Virus record (IMG/VR): IMGVR_UViG_3300012953_005009
Coordinates: 1 to 33,272 of that record
Direction: 5' to 3' (one strand)
From: a virus
Taxonomy: Duplodnaviria > Caudoviricetes
Length of the DNA stretch: 33,272 nt
Below are positions 16,462 through 24,382 of this stretch, in pieces. A program made the position numbers and the translations under genes. Within the stretch, counting starts at the first letter, position 1, and every line of letters begins with the position of its first letter. The notes beneath the pieces are model-generated. The model made no database searches. It worked only from the letters and a program-made list of their open reading frames with translations, and was not told the origin of the DNA.

Positions 16462-17244
16462 TTATTTACTAAATCGTAAGAAACATCTACAGTTTATTGT
16501 TAGCGAAGGAGGCGCTATCGGATCTCTCGGAAAGCGTATTGGGATACTATTAACTATAAAAGGCTCACTTATTGCAACATTATCGCCTCTAAGTATTCTG
16601 TGAGTTTCCCTAACCTTATTATCTCGCATTGTTACCCATGTTTTCTTTATGGAAGCATCGTTTAATGCTGAATCATAAAGCCCCATGTTGTAAGACCCCA
16701 GTATGGCAGAATCAGCAATTAACTTCTTTCGCTTTCTTCTTAGTAGCCTAAAAACACTTTTTATCAAATAATAAGCTAATAAAAGCTTGAATGCTATATC
16801 AATATCGTCATCCTCTCCTTCAATGCCAGCGGCTTGAGATAAGGCTTGCACAATATACTTCTGTGTAGTAGAATTAAAAGTGTTAACAGTAGAAACCTGT
16901 TGTGACATAGCCGCACTGGCTGAATCTTCTTGAACAGGCTCACCATAACCTTCTTGAATATTGTCTTCAATGCCCTTTTCATAGGCTTTTTGCATGTCAC
17001 TTATCATAGGGTCGGATGCTGTAGTTAAAGCAGCCATTGAAACTACTGAAGCAAAATCAGCTTGCTCCCCTAAGCCTATCAAAGCTTTTGTAGCTTCTTC
17101 TTCTAAAGCATCTAACGCTAGTTTCTCTTGGGAGTCTATAACAGAGTCTAAAGTTCTTTTAAATGAAGACTCTAAAGAAGTTACAGATTTTTCTACTTTA
17201 GTTTCCCAAGTGTCTTCTAGAAAAGAGGCTTGTGGGGAAAAGGG
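16462..17244 (-). CDS. MuF / SPP1 gp7-family head morphogenesis domain, probably translated as a -1 frameshift extension of portal
   Basis: C-terminal KTWVTMRDNKVRETH...EPF...RFPRDP...TINCRC signature. The frame is open back to 17253 with no ATG/GTG/TTG before the weak TTG at 17082, and it overlaps the portal 3' end at a C CCT TTT heptamer. Confidence 0.85.
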   Translation of the reverse strand, partial: PFSPQASFLEDTWETKVEKSVTSLESSFKRTLDSVIDSQEKLALDALEEEATKALIGLGEQADFASVVSMAALTTASDPMISDMQKAYEKGIEDNIQEGYGEPVQEDSASAAMSQQVSTVNTFNSTTQKYIVQALSQAAGIEGEDDDIDIAFKLLLAYYLIKSVFRLLRRKRKKLIADSAILGSYNMGLYDSALNDASIKKTWVTMRDNKVRETHRILRGDNVAISEPFIVNSIPIRFPRDPIAPPSLTINCRCFLRFSK

Positions 17245-18827
17245 AGGCTCTTCTCACCCTCCTCTTCTTCCTCTTCTTCTAATCCATCTAATACGGAGGG
17301 AACAGCAGATGCGGGTAGTTCAATATCATCAGTTCCTTGAACTTGACCTAACGGAACAAAAGCACCTTCTTCAGGGCTAAATTCAGAAGCTACAGTTTGT
17401 GTAGCATCAGCTCCTTGATCTGCTAAAGGCACACCAGTTTGCACGCCTTGTGGTATTGGCTCAGTTCCTGGTGGTGCTGGATTTAGTATGCCCTCAGTAG
17501 AGGGTCCGCCAGCAGGAAGAGCGCCCTCAGGTCCCATTCCCGGTAATCCTGCAGGTGCACCAGCAGCAGCCGCCGCATTAGGATCTTCCATCGGTTTCTC
17601 TGTGTTTGCAATTGGCGTAAGATTGGGATTAGCTAGTATTGAATCAGCTAAGTCTGCTTGAACTTTCTTTCGCCCTGTCAAAGTCCTATATTCATTTACG
17701 CTTATAAGTCCTTGTTGATACTCCTGTAAATGAAACTGGCTTTGTTCTTGTTGCGACAATATGATAATGGGAACTCCAGTTGTGTCAAAATCAACAAAGT
17801 ATTCATCGCTAATCGGGTCAAACGACCTAGCTATAAGGTCAAGATGTGGCTCCATAGTTTCCATCCAGAAAACTTTGCCTTCTTCCATGGCGTTTGAGAA
17901 AGTTCTATTTGCGGAGTTACCTATAATTGACTCAGGAACACCAAAAGCTGCAAGTATCTCTTCTTTGTTTAGAGTACGCATTTGAATGTAGGCAGCATCT
18001 CTAGGGCTTGATGCGGTGTCAACAAAATCTGCACCGTCATCTGATGCTATAACGCCTACAGCACCAGCCCTTGCTATATTGCCTTGAAAACGTGATCTAA
18101 GTTCATCTTTATCTTCGTCACTTATTTCGCTTCTAACAACAAGCAATCCACCCGGCCTTCCGTCATTTACCAAGAAATTTCTATTATAAACTTTTGCTAA
18201 GTTTTCAACTTCTATGGCTACACCAGCAGCTTGCATAGGGGTCATTGACAAATAAGGATCAAGTGGGTGAGGCCTTCTTATCCAAATAACATTATTTGGT
18301 TTTATAATTCTCTTATCGCCTTGCGGAAGTTTGACTTCGTATCCTGAAACAAATTTAGAAACATGGGGTATCGGTGATGTGTCTTGTGGCGGTAGTAGAT
18401 GTAGCGCCATTGGATCTCCGAGCCTATCCCTAACTACCTCTATAAAGACTCCACGTGAGCTCATCAAAAGCTGGGCAGATAATCTATACCTAAAAGCGAA
18501 AGCGTTTTCTCCAATGTTTGACGTATTGTTAAATACTTCTAGAACACTATCGTTTGAAATTATCTCTCCAAAAGGATTGTTATCCTTTCTGAAGACCATA
18601 GGAAGTTTAGCTTGATTAGAAGCAATAACGTCAATACATCTAAACACCCACGTTATTTTAGCAACACCATCGTTGTAGGCTTTTGTTATATCCCAGCCAT
18701 CATGGTAACCTGTTTTCGGTTGAAGGCTTGGGCTATAGGCTATAGGGGCGCCTACAGAGATAGCTGCTTTTTTCTGCACCTCAGATAAGTTTTCAAAAGA
18801 TTTATTTGTTGTTGGGTTCCACGCCAT
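17217..18827 (-). CDS. Phage portal protein, HK97 family
   Basis: Motifs WVFRCIDVIASNQAKLP, LHLLPP, LSMTPMQAA, NRNFLVNDGRPGGLL, EEILAAFGVPESIIG and GLISVNEYR, followed by a Pro/Gly/acidic tail. Confidence 0.95.
   Translation of the reverse strand: MAWNPTTNKSFENLSEVQKKAAISVGAPIAYSPSLQPKTGYHDGWDITKAYNDGVAKITWVFRCIDVIASNQAKLPMVFRKDNNPFGEIISNDSVLEVFNNTSNIGENAFAFRYRLSAQLLMSSRGVFIEVVRDRLGDPMALHLLPPQDTSPIPHVSKFVSGYEVKLPQGDKRIIKPNNVIWIRRPHPLDPYLSMTPMQAAGVAIEVENLAKVYNRNFLVNDGRPGGLLVVRSEISDEDKDELRSRFQGNIARAGAVGVIASDDGADFVDTASSPRDAAYIQMRTLNKEEILAAFGVPESIIGNSANRTFSNAMEEGKVFWMETMEPHLDLIARSFDPISDEYFVDFDTTGVPIIILSQQEQSQFHLQEYQQGLISVNEYRTLTGRKKVQADLADSILANPNLTPIANTEKPMEDPNAAAAAGAPAGLPGMGPEGALPAGGPSTEGILNPAPPGTEPIPQGVQTGVPLADQGADATQTVASEFSPEEGAFVPLGQVQGTDDIELPASAVPSVLDGLEEEEEEEGEKSLPFPHKPLF
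17238..17244 (-). other. Putative -1 ribosomal frameshift slippery heptamer C CCU UUU
   Basis: X XXY YYZ pattern in the portal frame; a -1 shift lands in the MuF frame. AGGAGG lies 13 nt upstream and a weak hairpin starts 5 nt downstream. Confidence 0.72.
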
Positions 18828-18994
18828 TATTCAGCCCCTAAAATGTAGCCGTACCAGACAGCCAGTAGTCCACCACTTGCAATTCCAACCCCTAAATGTA
18901 CTATACTAATACCAAGGGCTAGTGTTATTATACCCCCACATATTAGTAAATGAGCGGCGTTAGTGCGATTTAAGTATTTTGATAAAAATTTCAT
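18827..18994 (-). CDS. Small two-TM membrane protein (55 aa) preceding portal; missing from the ORF track
   Basis: MKFLSKYLNRTNAAHLLICGGIITLALGISIVHLGVGIASGGLLAVWYGYILGAE*. TAATG overlap with the portal start. Confidence 0.8.
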   Translation of the reverse strand: MKFLSKYLNRTNAAHLLICGGIITLALGISIVHLGVGIASGGLLAVWYGYILGAE

Positions 18995-18995
18995 T

Positions 18996-19024
18996 ATAAT
19001 AATAGTTTAGCAATAATTTGTCAA
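18996..19024 (-). promoter_or_regulatory. Leftward promoter elements for the portal operon
   Basis: TGCTAAACT extended -10 at 19012-19004, and also TTGACA-N17-TATTAT at 19024-18996. Confidence 0.5.
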
Positions 19025-19039
19025 GGAGACAACTAAAAA

Positions 19040-20356
19040 ATGGCGTTACAAGAACCAGACTGGGAATCCATACATAAATGGCTTCAACCTAAAGGATCTG
19101 AATACTGGGTAGAAGAACCTTCCCTTACTCAAAAAGTTTTCTTAAAAACAACTGCGCAAGAAGTATTGTTTGGAGGAGCTGCTGGTGGTGGTAAAAGTTC
19201 AGCGTTGCTAATGGCAGCTTTACAGTATGTAGATATTCCTAGCTACTCAGCTATACTTTTTCGTAGAACATATGCTGACTTAGCGTTGCCTGGCGCTCTT
19301 ATGGATAGGTTTAGAGACTGGATATCTAACTATGAAGATATTCACTGGAACGCAAACCAATATACGGCTACTTTCCCTAGTGGAGCTAGAATAACATTCG
19401 GATACTTAAATAACAGTCAAGATTATCTAAGGTATAAAGGTTCTGAATTTCAGTTTATTGGCATGGATGAGGTTACTGAAATTCGTGAAGCTGACTATCG
19501 CTACTTGTTCTCTCGTTTACGTAGGCCATCTACTGGTCCTTTGTCTCAAGTTCCGCTTCGGATGCGTGCAGCTACCAACCCTGCACCAAACTGGGTTAGA
19601 CAAAGATTTCTAGTAGAAGGTAATGAAAAAGGCAGGATATTTGTTCCTTCAAAACTTACAGACAACCCAGGCATAGACCCTGACTCCTACAGAGCAGTTC
19701 TAGCAGAGTTAGACCCAGTTGAACGTAAAAGGCTAGAGTTTGGCGACTGGTGGGCAACAACCCTTGGGTCAATGTTTGACAGAACGCAATTTGAAATACT
19801 TGAGCCAGCAGAAATACCTGATTTCAATAAAGAAACAACTATAGTTAGGTTCTGGGATTTAGCCGGAACAGAGCCAAGTCCTTCTTACCCTGATCCTGAC
19901 TGGACAGTGGGATGCTTGGGCGCAATGCACGGAGGAATATTCTATGTTCTAGATGTTAGGCGTATACGGGCAAAAGGAGATAGGGTTGAAAAGTTTATAA
20001 AAGAAACTGCAGAAGAAGATGGTGCCGAAATATCAATAATGATGGAGCAAGAACCAGGCTCGGCTGGTAAAAATCTTATTGATCAATACGCTCGTTATGT
20101 GCTCGTAGGATATGACTTCAAAGGACAACGTTCAACTGGCGATAAAGAAACAAGAGCTAAGCCTATGTCGGCTGCAGTAGCTAATGGCAATGTTAGGCTA
20201 CTTCGTGGGCATTGGAATACCGACTACATTGATGAGATGTCAGCTTTTCCGGAAGCTAATGTACACGATGACCAAGTTGATGCTTCTGTGCATGCTTTTA
20301 ATTTATGCGCAGGATTAGGAATGGGCATAAAAAAGAAACTTGAGATTATAGTTTAA
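19040..20356 (+). CDS. terL: Terminase large subunit
   Basis: Walker A GGAAGGGKS, Walker B FIGMDE, motif III AATNP, nuclease motifs RFWDLA and HDDQVDA, AAGGAG RBS. Confidence 0.95.
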   Translation: MALQEPDWESIHKWLQPKGSEYWVEEPSLTQKVFLKTTAQEVLFGGAAGGGKSSALLMAALQYVDIPSYSAILFRRTYADLALPGALMDRFRDWISNYEDIHWNANQYTATFPSGARITFGYLNNSQDYLRYKGSEFQFIGMDEVTEIREADYRYLFSRLRRPSTGPLSQVPLRMRAATNPAPNWVRQRFLVEGNEKGRIFVPSKLTDNPGIDPDSYRAVLAELDPVERKRLEFGDWWATTLGSMFDRTQFEILEPAEIPDFNKETTIVRFWDLAGTEPSPSYPDPDWTVGCLGAMHGGIFYVLDVRRIRAKGDRVEKFIKETAEEDGAEISIMMEQEPGSAGKNLIDQYARYVLVGYDFKGQRSTGDKETRAKPMSAAVANGNVRLLRGHWNTDYIDEMSAFPEANVHDDQVDASVHAFNLCAGLGMGIKKKLEIIV

Positions 20357-20520
20357 GTAACCTCTAGCGCATTCATTAATATCTTTTGAGCATCATAAAG
20401 CTTTTGCTTGTACTCAACCCTGTCTATATCAATGCGGTCTTTCGCCGCTTCTATTGATGCAAGGGCGGCAACTGCTACATCAAATTTAAATGTAACCGTA
20501 ATGTCTTTGTTTTCATCCAT
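20353..20520 (-). CDS. Small hypothetical protein (55 aa); missing from the ORF track
   Basis: MDENKDITVTFKFDVAVAALASIEAAKDRIDIDRVEYKQKLYDAQKILMNALEVT*. Start overlaps the upstream gene's end, and its stop overlaps the convergent terL stop (TTAA). Confidence 0.7.
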   Translation of the reverse strand: MDENKDITVTFKFDVAVAALASIEAAKDRIDIDRVEYKQKLYDAQKILMNALEVT

Positions 20521-21202
20521 GCCATTCTCTATCTAATATATATATTTGATTAATACCGTCATCTAAATGCTCTGCTAAATCAATGATTTCTTCTGGTAGT
20601 AGTCTAACGCATCCCCAAGAGTCTGGGTACTGCTCATAAACTGAATCATAATGATTTGTCCCATGCATCAAAATGCCCCTAACTACCGAATTAGAGTTCC
20701 TATCTTCTTGAGAATACATACGCAAAATAACTGTGGTTAGCTGTCTAGTTAACTGCCACCTTTGGTCCTTAGGTAAGGTTTGATCAACAGTAGCATAACG
20801 ACCAAAACAGCTTGTCGTCGTCCACTGTGCACCTATCTCGTCCATGTCACACACAGTTGCTTCTGCACCTATAGTCGTCATATACCCTACAGGAGTTCGG
20901 TGTGAGTTAACAGTATTCCCTAAGCGAACTATCTTTCCTGCAGCATTGGGTGACCCATGCCCTGTTGATACACGGTATTGTCTTCGTACTGACCCATCTA
21001 CAACGTGCCACATAAACTGTGTTTCAGGATCAACTATAAGCACAGAACTAAACAAGTCTCCAGAGATCTCTGCAAGTTCAGAAAGCCCTGTCTGAACTGG
21101 CTCTGGCAAGCTATTACTTGTTTGTGGAGTAAAGAACAGTGACGTTGAACCAACAGCTAATGCAACTAATATTTTAAAAATATACCATGCGATGTAATGC
21201 AT
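20513..21202 (-). CDS. L,D-transpeptidase (YkuD family) with N-terminal signal/anchor
   Basis: Hydrophobic N-terminus, YRVSTG, RTPVG and the catalytic GILMHGT...SWGCVRL (His...Cys) motif. Confidence 0.88.
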   Translation of the reverse strand: MHYIAWYIFKILVALAVGSTSLFFTPQTSNSLPEPVQTGLSELAEISGDLFSSVLIVDPETQFMWHVVDGSVRRQYRVSTGHGSPNAAGKIVRLGNTVNSHRTPVGYMTTIGAEATVCDMDEIGAQWTTTSCFGRYATVDQTLPKDQRWQLTRQLTTVILRMYSQEDRNSNSVVRGILMHGTNHYDSVYEQYPDSWGCVRLLPEEIIDLAEHLDDGINQIYILDREWHG

Positions 21203-21423
21203 TAGAACAATGTTTCTTCTTGAGGTACTCTACCGCTTTTAACTTGCTTTTGACGATCTAGGCAAGCTGAATGTGCCCAAGCTTCTGGAACAGACATAAG
21301 AGCTAAAGAATTTATGCCGCCTTGAGGTCTAACTTGCGCCCAACCTGAAACCTTGCGGTATACTCCTACTTCTCCTACTTTAACGTCTTCTCTACAAAAA
21401 AAGCATTTTGCTACTCCACGCAT
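21202..21423 (-). CDS. Small putative zinc-finger protein
   Basis: CFFC...HSAC ligand set, GGAGG RBS, tight packing with neighbours. Confidence 0.7.
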   Translation of the reverse strand: MRGVAKCFFCREDVKVGEVGVYRKVSGWAQVRPQGGINSLALMSVPEAWAHSACLDRQKQVKSGRVPQEETLF

Positions 21424-22383
21424 TTATTCCTCCGCTAATATCTTATAAGCTGTTATTTTGTCTCTATGTACTAAGTTATCTATTTCAAAAGACTGTTGTA
21501 TCGCATCATATTCATCTACGTTTCTATGAAAATCATAAAACTCGCAAATAGCGTTAAACAAAGCCCATTTGGTTTCTCCAAAGGTTCCTGAGTTGATTCT
21601 TGATTCATAAAGTTGCTTAACCCTATCATGAACAAACTCTGTATACTCTCTTTTCTTTTTAGTATTAGCCTTAGAAAAACTCCATATTTCTTTAAGATAT
21701 TCTTTTACTTGGTAATTCCTTACTTCAACTGAAAGTTGCTCTATACTATCTGCTATTTGTTTGGTCCACACATCTCTCATCATTAAAACCTCTGATGCTT
21801 CTTCTAGCCGATCTGTGGCGTTTGGTGTATGTCGTTTCCTAAGCGAAAATGAAGCATAGTCACTATTAGAAGAAACTCTGTAAATAGTTGAATTTATTCT
21901 TCTGCTGTCAAGGTTGTAATAGCAAATAGGTATTGAACCATCATGAGAAGTCATAATAACTATATAATTGTCAATTATGTCTTTTGTTTTCTTATTAGGA
22001 CTTAGAGTAAGTTGCGTGGTTCGGACACAGGCGAAGAATTTTCTTCCCCCATCTAAGGTTCCGATGCTTTCCAACACGGCATCACCTGAAGACCTATTGA
22101 CAATGGCTATAGCTTTATCAATTATTATTTCATTAGGTACAACTTGATACCTACCTTTTACAACTTCCCAATTCCATAACTCTAAAGTGATTGGATCTAA
22201 TCTACCCGTCACATATCTATCTTCTACGGTTACAAACTTACCAGTCCGTAAATCTTCAACTTGGACAGGGCTTAGTATGACTTCATAATCAGCATCAGCT
22301 TTCTTTAACATTTCTTCTTTTGATAAGGTCTGATTTACGGCTTCACCTATTTTGTGCCACGTCGGCGCTTTATACATTATCAT
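21424..22383 (-). CDS. DUF932-family phage/plasmid protein
   Basis: Motifs PTWHKIG, YQVVPN, GTLDGGRKFF, TSHDGS, KRHT and GETKWALFNAICEFYD. Confidence 0.85.
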   Translation of the reverse strand: MIMYKAPTWHKIGEAVNQTLSKEEMLKKADADYEVILSPVQVEDLRTGKFVTVEDRYVTGRLDPITLELWNWEVVKGRYQVVPNEIIIDKAIAIVNRSSGDAVLESIGTLDGGRKFFACVRTTQLTLSPNKKTKDIIDNYIVIMTSHDGSIPICYYNLDSRRINSTIYRVSSNSDYASFSLRKRHTPNATDRLEEASEVLMMRDVWTKQIADSIEQLSVEVRNYQVKEYLKEIWSFSKANTKKKREYTEFVHDRVKQLYESRINSGTFGETKWALFNAICEFYDFHRNVDEYDAIQQSFEIDNLVHRDKITAYKILAEE

Positions 22384-22678
22384 TCCTTATAGACTCTATA
22401 CTCTTAACAGCAACTTGATCAAGAGTTGCTCCTAATTCCCACGCAGCTAAAGATATGCAGCTAAGAACTTCTCCAAGTTTTGTAAGCATCTCTTGTTTTT
22501 CTTTTCCATCAGAAATACTTTTACCGTTCTCAATAGAAGCAGTCGCAAAAATTTCAATATCATCTGCTGCGTCAAAAAGTCTGTTTAAAGTATCAAGCAT
22601 CTCTGAATCAAAGTTAGCATTCTCCCTACTTATTAAAGTTCTAACTGCTGCTTGGTATACATTTATTTCAAGTCCCAT
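22370..22678 (-). CDS. MazG-like nucleotide pyrophosphohydrolase fold, degenerate
   Basis: N.YQ..V.T start and KLGEVLSCISLAAWELGATLDQVA resemble MazG ELGDVL...A..LG..L..VA, but the acidic metal ligands are altered. Start re-called at ATG 22678. Confidence 0.5.
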   Translation of the reverse strand: MGLEINVYQAAVRTLISRENANFDSEMLDTLNRLFDAADDIEIFATASIENGKSISDGKEKQEMLTKLGEVLSCISLAAWELGATLDQVAVKSIESIRNDNV

Positions 22679-22679
22679 A

Positions 22680-23201
22680 TCACACCTTCTCCGAATGCCC
22701 TGTAGGCCGCTCAATTTTTATATCTTCTCCACTAGCAGACTCAATAGGAACCCACGCTGGAGAATATGTATGCTGTTTTATTTTGCGCATTTTTACCAAA
22801 GATCCTTCTAGTAAAACTTCAAACTCGTTTTGTGTCATGCCCAATTTTTTACGAAGCTTTTCATCCGAATATTTACCCGACTGATAAATTCTTCGTATTA
22901 ACCTAGATAAGAATTTAGCAACAACGACGCCCCTATATCTATTAAGGTCTATATGTAAAAGCATCGCCTCTACTTTATTTGCTTTAACTACAACAACAGG
23001 AACATCTTTTATAGTTAATTCATTGGCAATAACCCATCGGTGATAACCATCAATAATTGTCCCATCTTTTAGTATTACTAATGGGCTTAGAATCCCATAT
23101 TTTTCTATTGACCCCACTAGTTGCTTGTAGTCAGGCTTAACTATATAACATACGCTTTTCCAATCAGCGGGTTTTAAATCATTAGTTTTAGCAGTATCCA
23201 T
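22680..23201 (-). CDS. ParB/Srx-domain protein with C-terminal HTH (IbrB-like)
   Basis: SIEKYGILSPL...IIDGYHRW and LNRYRG motifs. Start at ATG 23201 behind AGGAGA. Confidence 0.85.
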   Translation of the reverse strand: MDTAKTNDLKPADWKSVCYIVKPDYKQLVGSIEKYGILSPLVILKDGTIIDGYHRWVIANELTIKDVPVVVVKANKVEAMLLHIDLNRYRGVVVAKFLSRLIRRIYQSGKYSDEKLRKKLGMTQNEFEVLLEGSLVKMRKIKQHTYSPAWVPIESASGEDIKIERPTGHSEKV

Positions 23202-23202
23202 T

Positions 23203-24381
23203 TTATCTCCTATCATCATATTTATCTAGCGAATCTGCATCTGCAATCATTTGCTCTTCTTCTTGTGCCAATGCTGCCATTCTTTTTGAATGTGCTCTAG
23301 TTCGTGGGCCAACTGGGGAGGGAGCATCTCCATGAAAGTTATTTAGCAAAAGCGTCCGTAAAAGATGATCTACAGGGTAACTAAACTTATCTAATGCATG
23401 CTTCTTTTTGTACCCATGACAATACGATAGAGCATCACGTTTCATACCCGGCGTTAGCATAGAATCCTCAACGCACATCTTAACTCCATCCCAACCCATT
23501 TGAGCATAAATATCTATAAGCTTTTCTATGTCAAACTCTGCCCATAGTCTTTTTTGTGCATCTATTTCAGGAAACACATCATATAGGCCGTCATAAAATT
23601 CAGGTTCAGTCCTAATCACATCTTCAAGCCGTCTAGCGGCTACAGAGTGTAAAGGTATACCAACTCTTTGGTTGGCTCCGCTCATAGCTGCAAAATCATA
23701 GTATTCGCAATAAGAAGCACTATGCTCTTCCGTTATGAACTTTAAAGCATCGTCAGCCGTCCAATCATAAATTATTTTTGCAAACTTTAAAGGAACTTTT
23801 TTAGGAAGGCCATACGGATGGTTAATATAGTTTTCGTGAAGCTTTTGCACCACAGTTCTATAACGTATCATGGATTCATTGGCACGAACTCCAGTTATGA
23901 ATGCAACCTTGCCTTGCTTTCCTTGCATTGTGTAATGATCAATCCCTAAAGGTATTTCTTCTTTGTTGTCTAAACCAAAATGTTCTGCCCGTATACAGTC
24001 TTTAGGGTAAGGTCTAAAAAGGCGTCCTTGCGCTTCTCTGTTACCTGACCATAATAATATGTACGCTCTTTGACCTAACACCCACTTCTCTTGTCCTTGT
24101 GGTAAGCAATACCATTCCATATCCACCCAATCATAGTTACTGACTTCAGTAACATATTCATCAACTGATGGAGATAAAAATTCTTCATCTCTAAAAATGA
24201 CTTTTACTGGCCCTAAACCTCTTTCTTCATGAACTTCTTTAGCTAAAAATAAACAAGCTGTGGAGTCTTTACCTCCAGAAAATTGCACACACACTGTGTC
24301 AAATGTATCATAAACGTGGCGTATGCGCTGTCTAGCAGCCTCAACACAGTCTATATCAAGGAACATTCTACGTCTTGTCAC
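23203..24381 (-). CDS. PAPS-reductase-like PP-loop protein (IbrA-like)
   Basis: EAARQRI, VQFSGGKDS, FRDEE, ITGVRANESMIR and IYDW motifs. Directly upstream of the IbrB-like ParB gene. Confidence 0.9.
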   Translation of the reverse strand: MTRRRMFLDIDCVEAARQRIRHVYDTFDTVCVQFSGGKDSTACLFLAKEVHEERGLGPVKVIFRDEEFLSPSVDEYVTEVSNYDWVDMEWYCLPQGQEKWVLGQRAYILLWSGNREAQGRLFRPYPKDCIRAEHFGLDNKEEIPLGIDHYTMQGKQGKVAFITGVRANESMIRYRTVVQKLHENYINHPYGLPKKVPLKFAKIIYDWTADDALKFITEEHSASYCEYYDFAAMSGANQRVGIPLHSVAARRLEDVIRTEPEFYDGLYDVFPEIDAQKRLWAEFDIEKLIDIYAQMGWDGVKMCVEDSMLTPGMKRDALSYCHGYKKKHALDKFSYPVDHLLRTLLLNNFHGDAPSPVGPRTRAHSKRMAALAQEEEQMIADADSLDKYDDRR

Positions 24382-24382
24382 G

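Noticed and set aside
17080-17082. TTG start for a stand-alone 206-aa MuF
   Set aside because: There is no convincing SD, and the upstream in-frame sequence is protein-like and reaches the slippery site. Disfavoured but not excluded.
32-18615. Many plus-strand ORFs in the track (for example 32-424, 1537-1881, 7009-7335, 13086-13430, 16994-17380)
   Set aside because: They are Ser/Leu-rich antisense shadows of long minus-strand genes, with no recognisable motifs.
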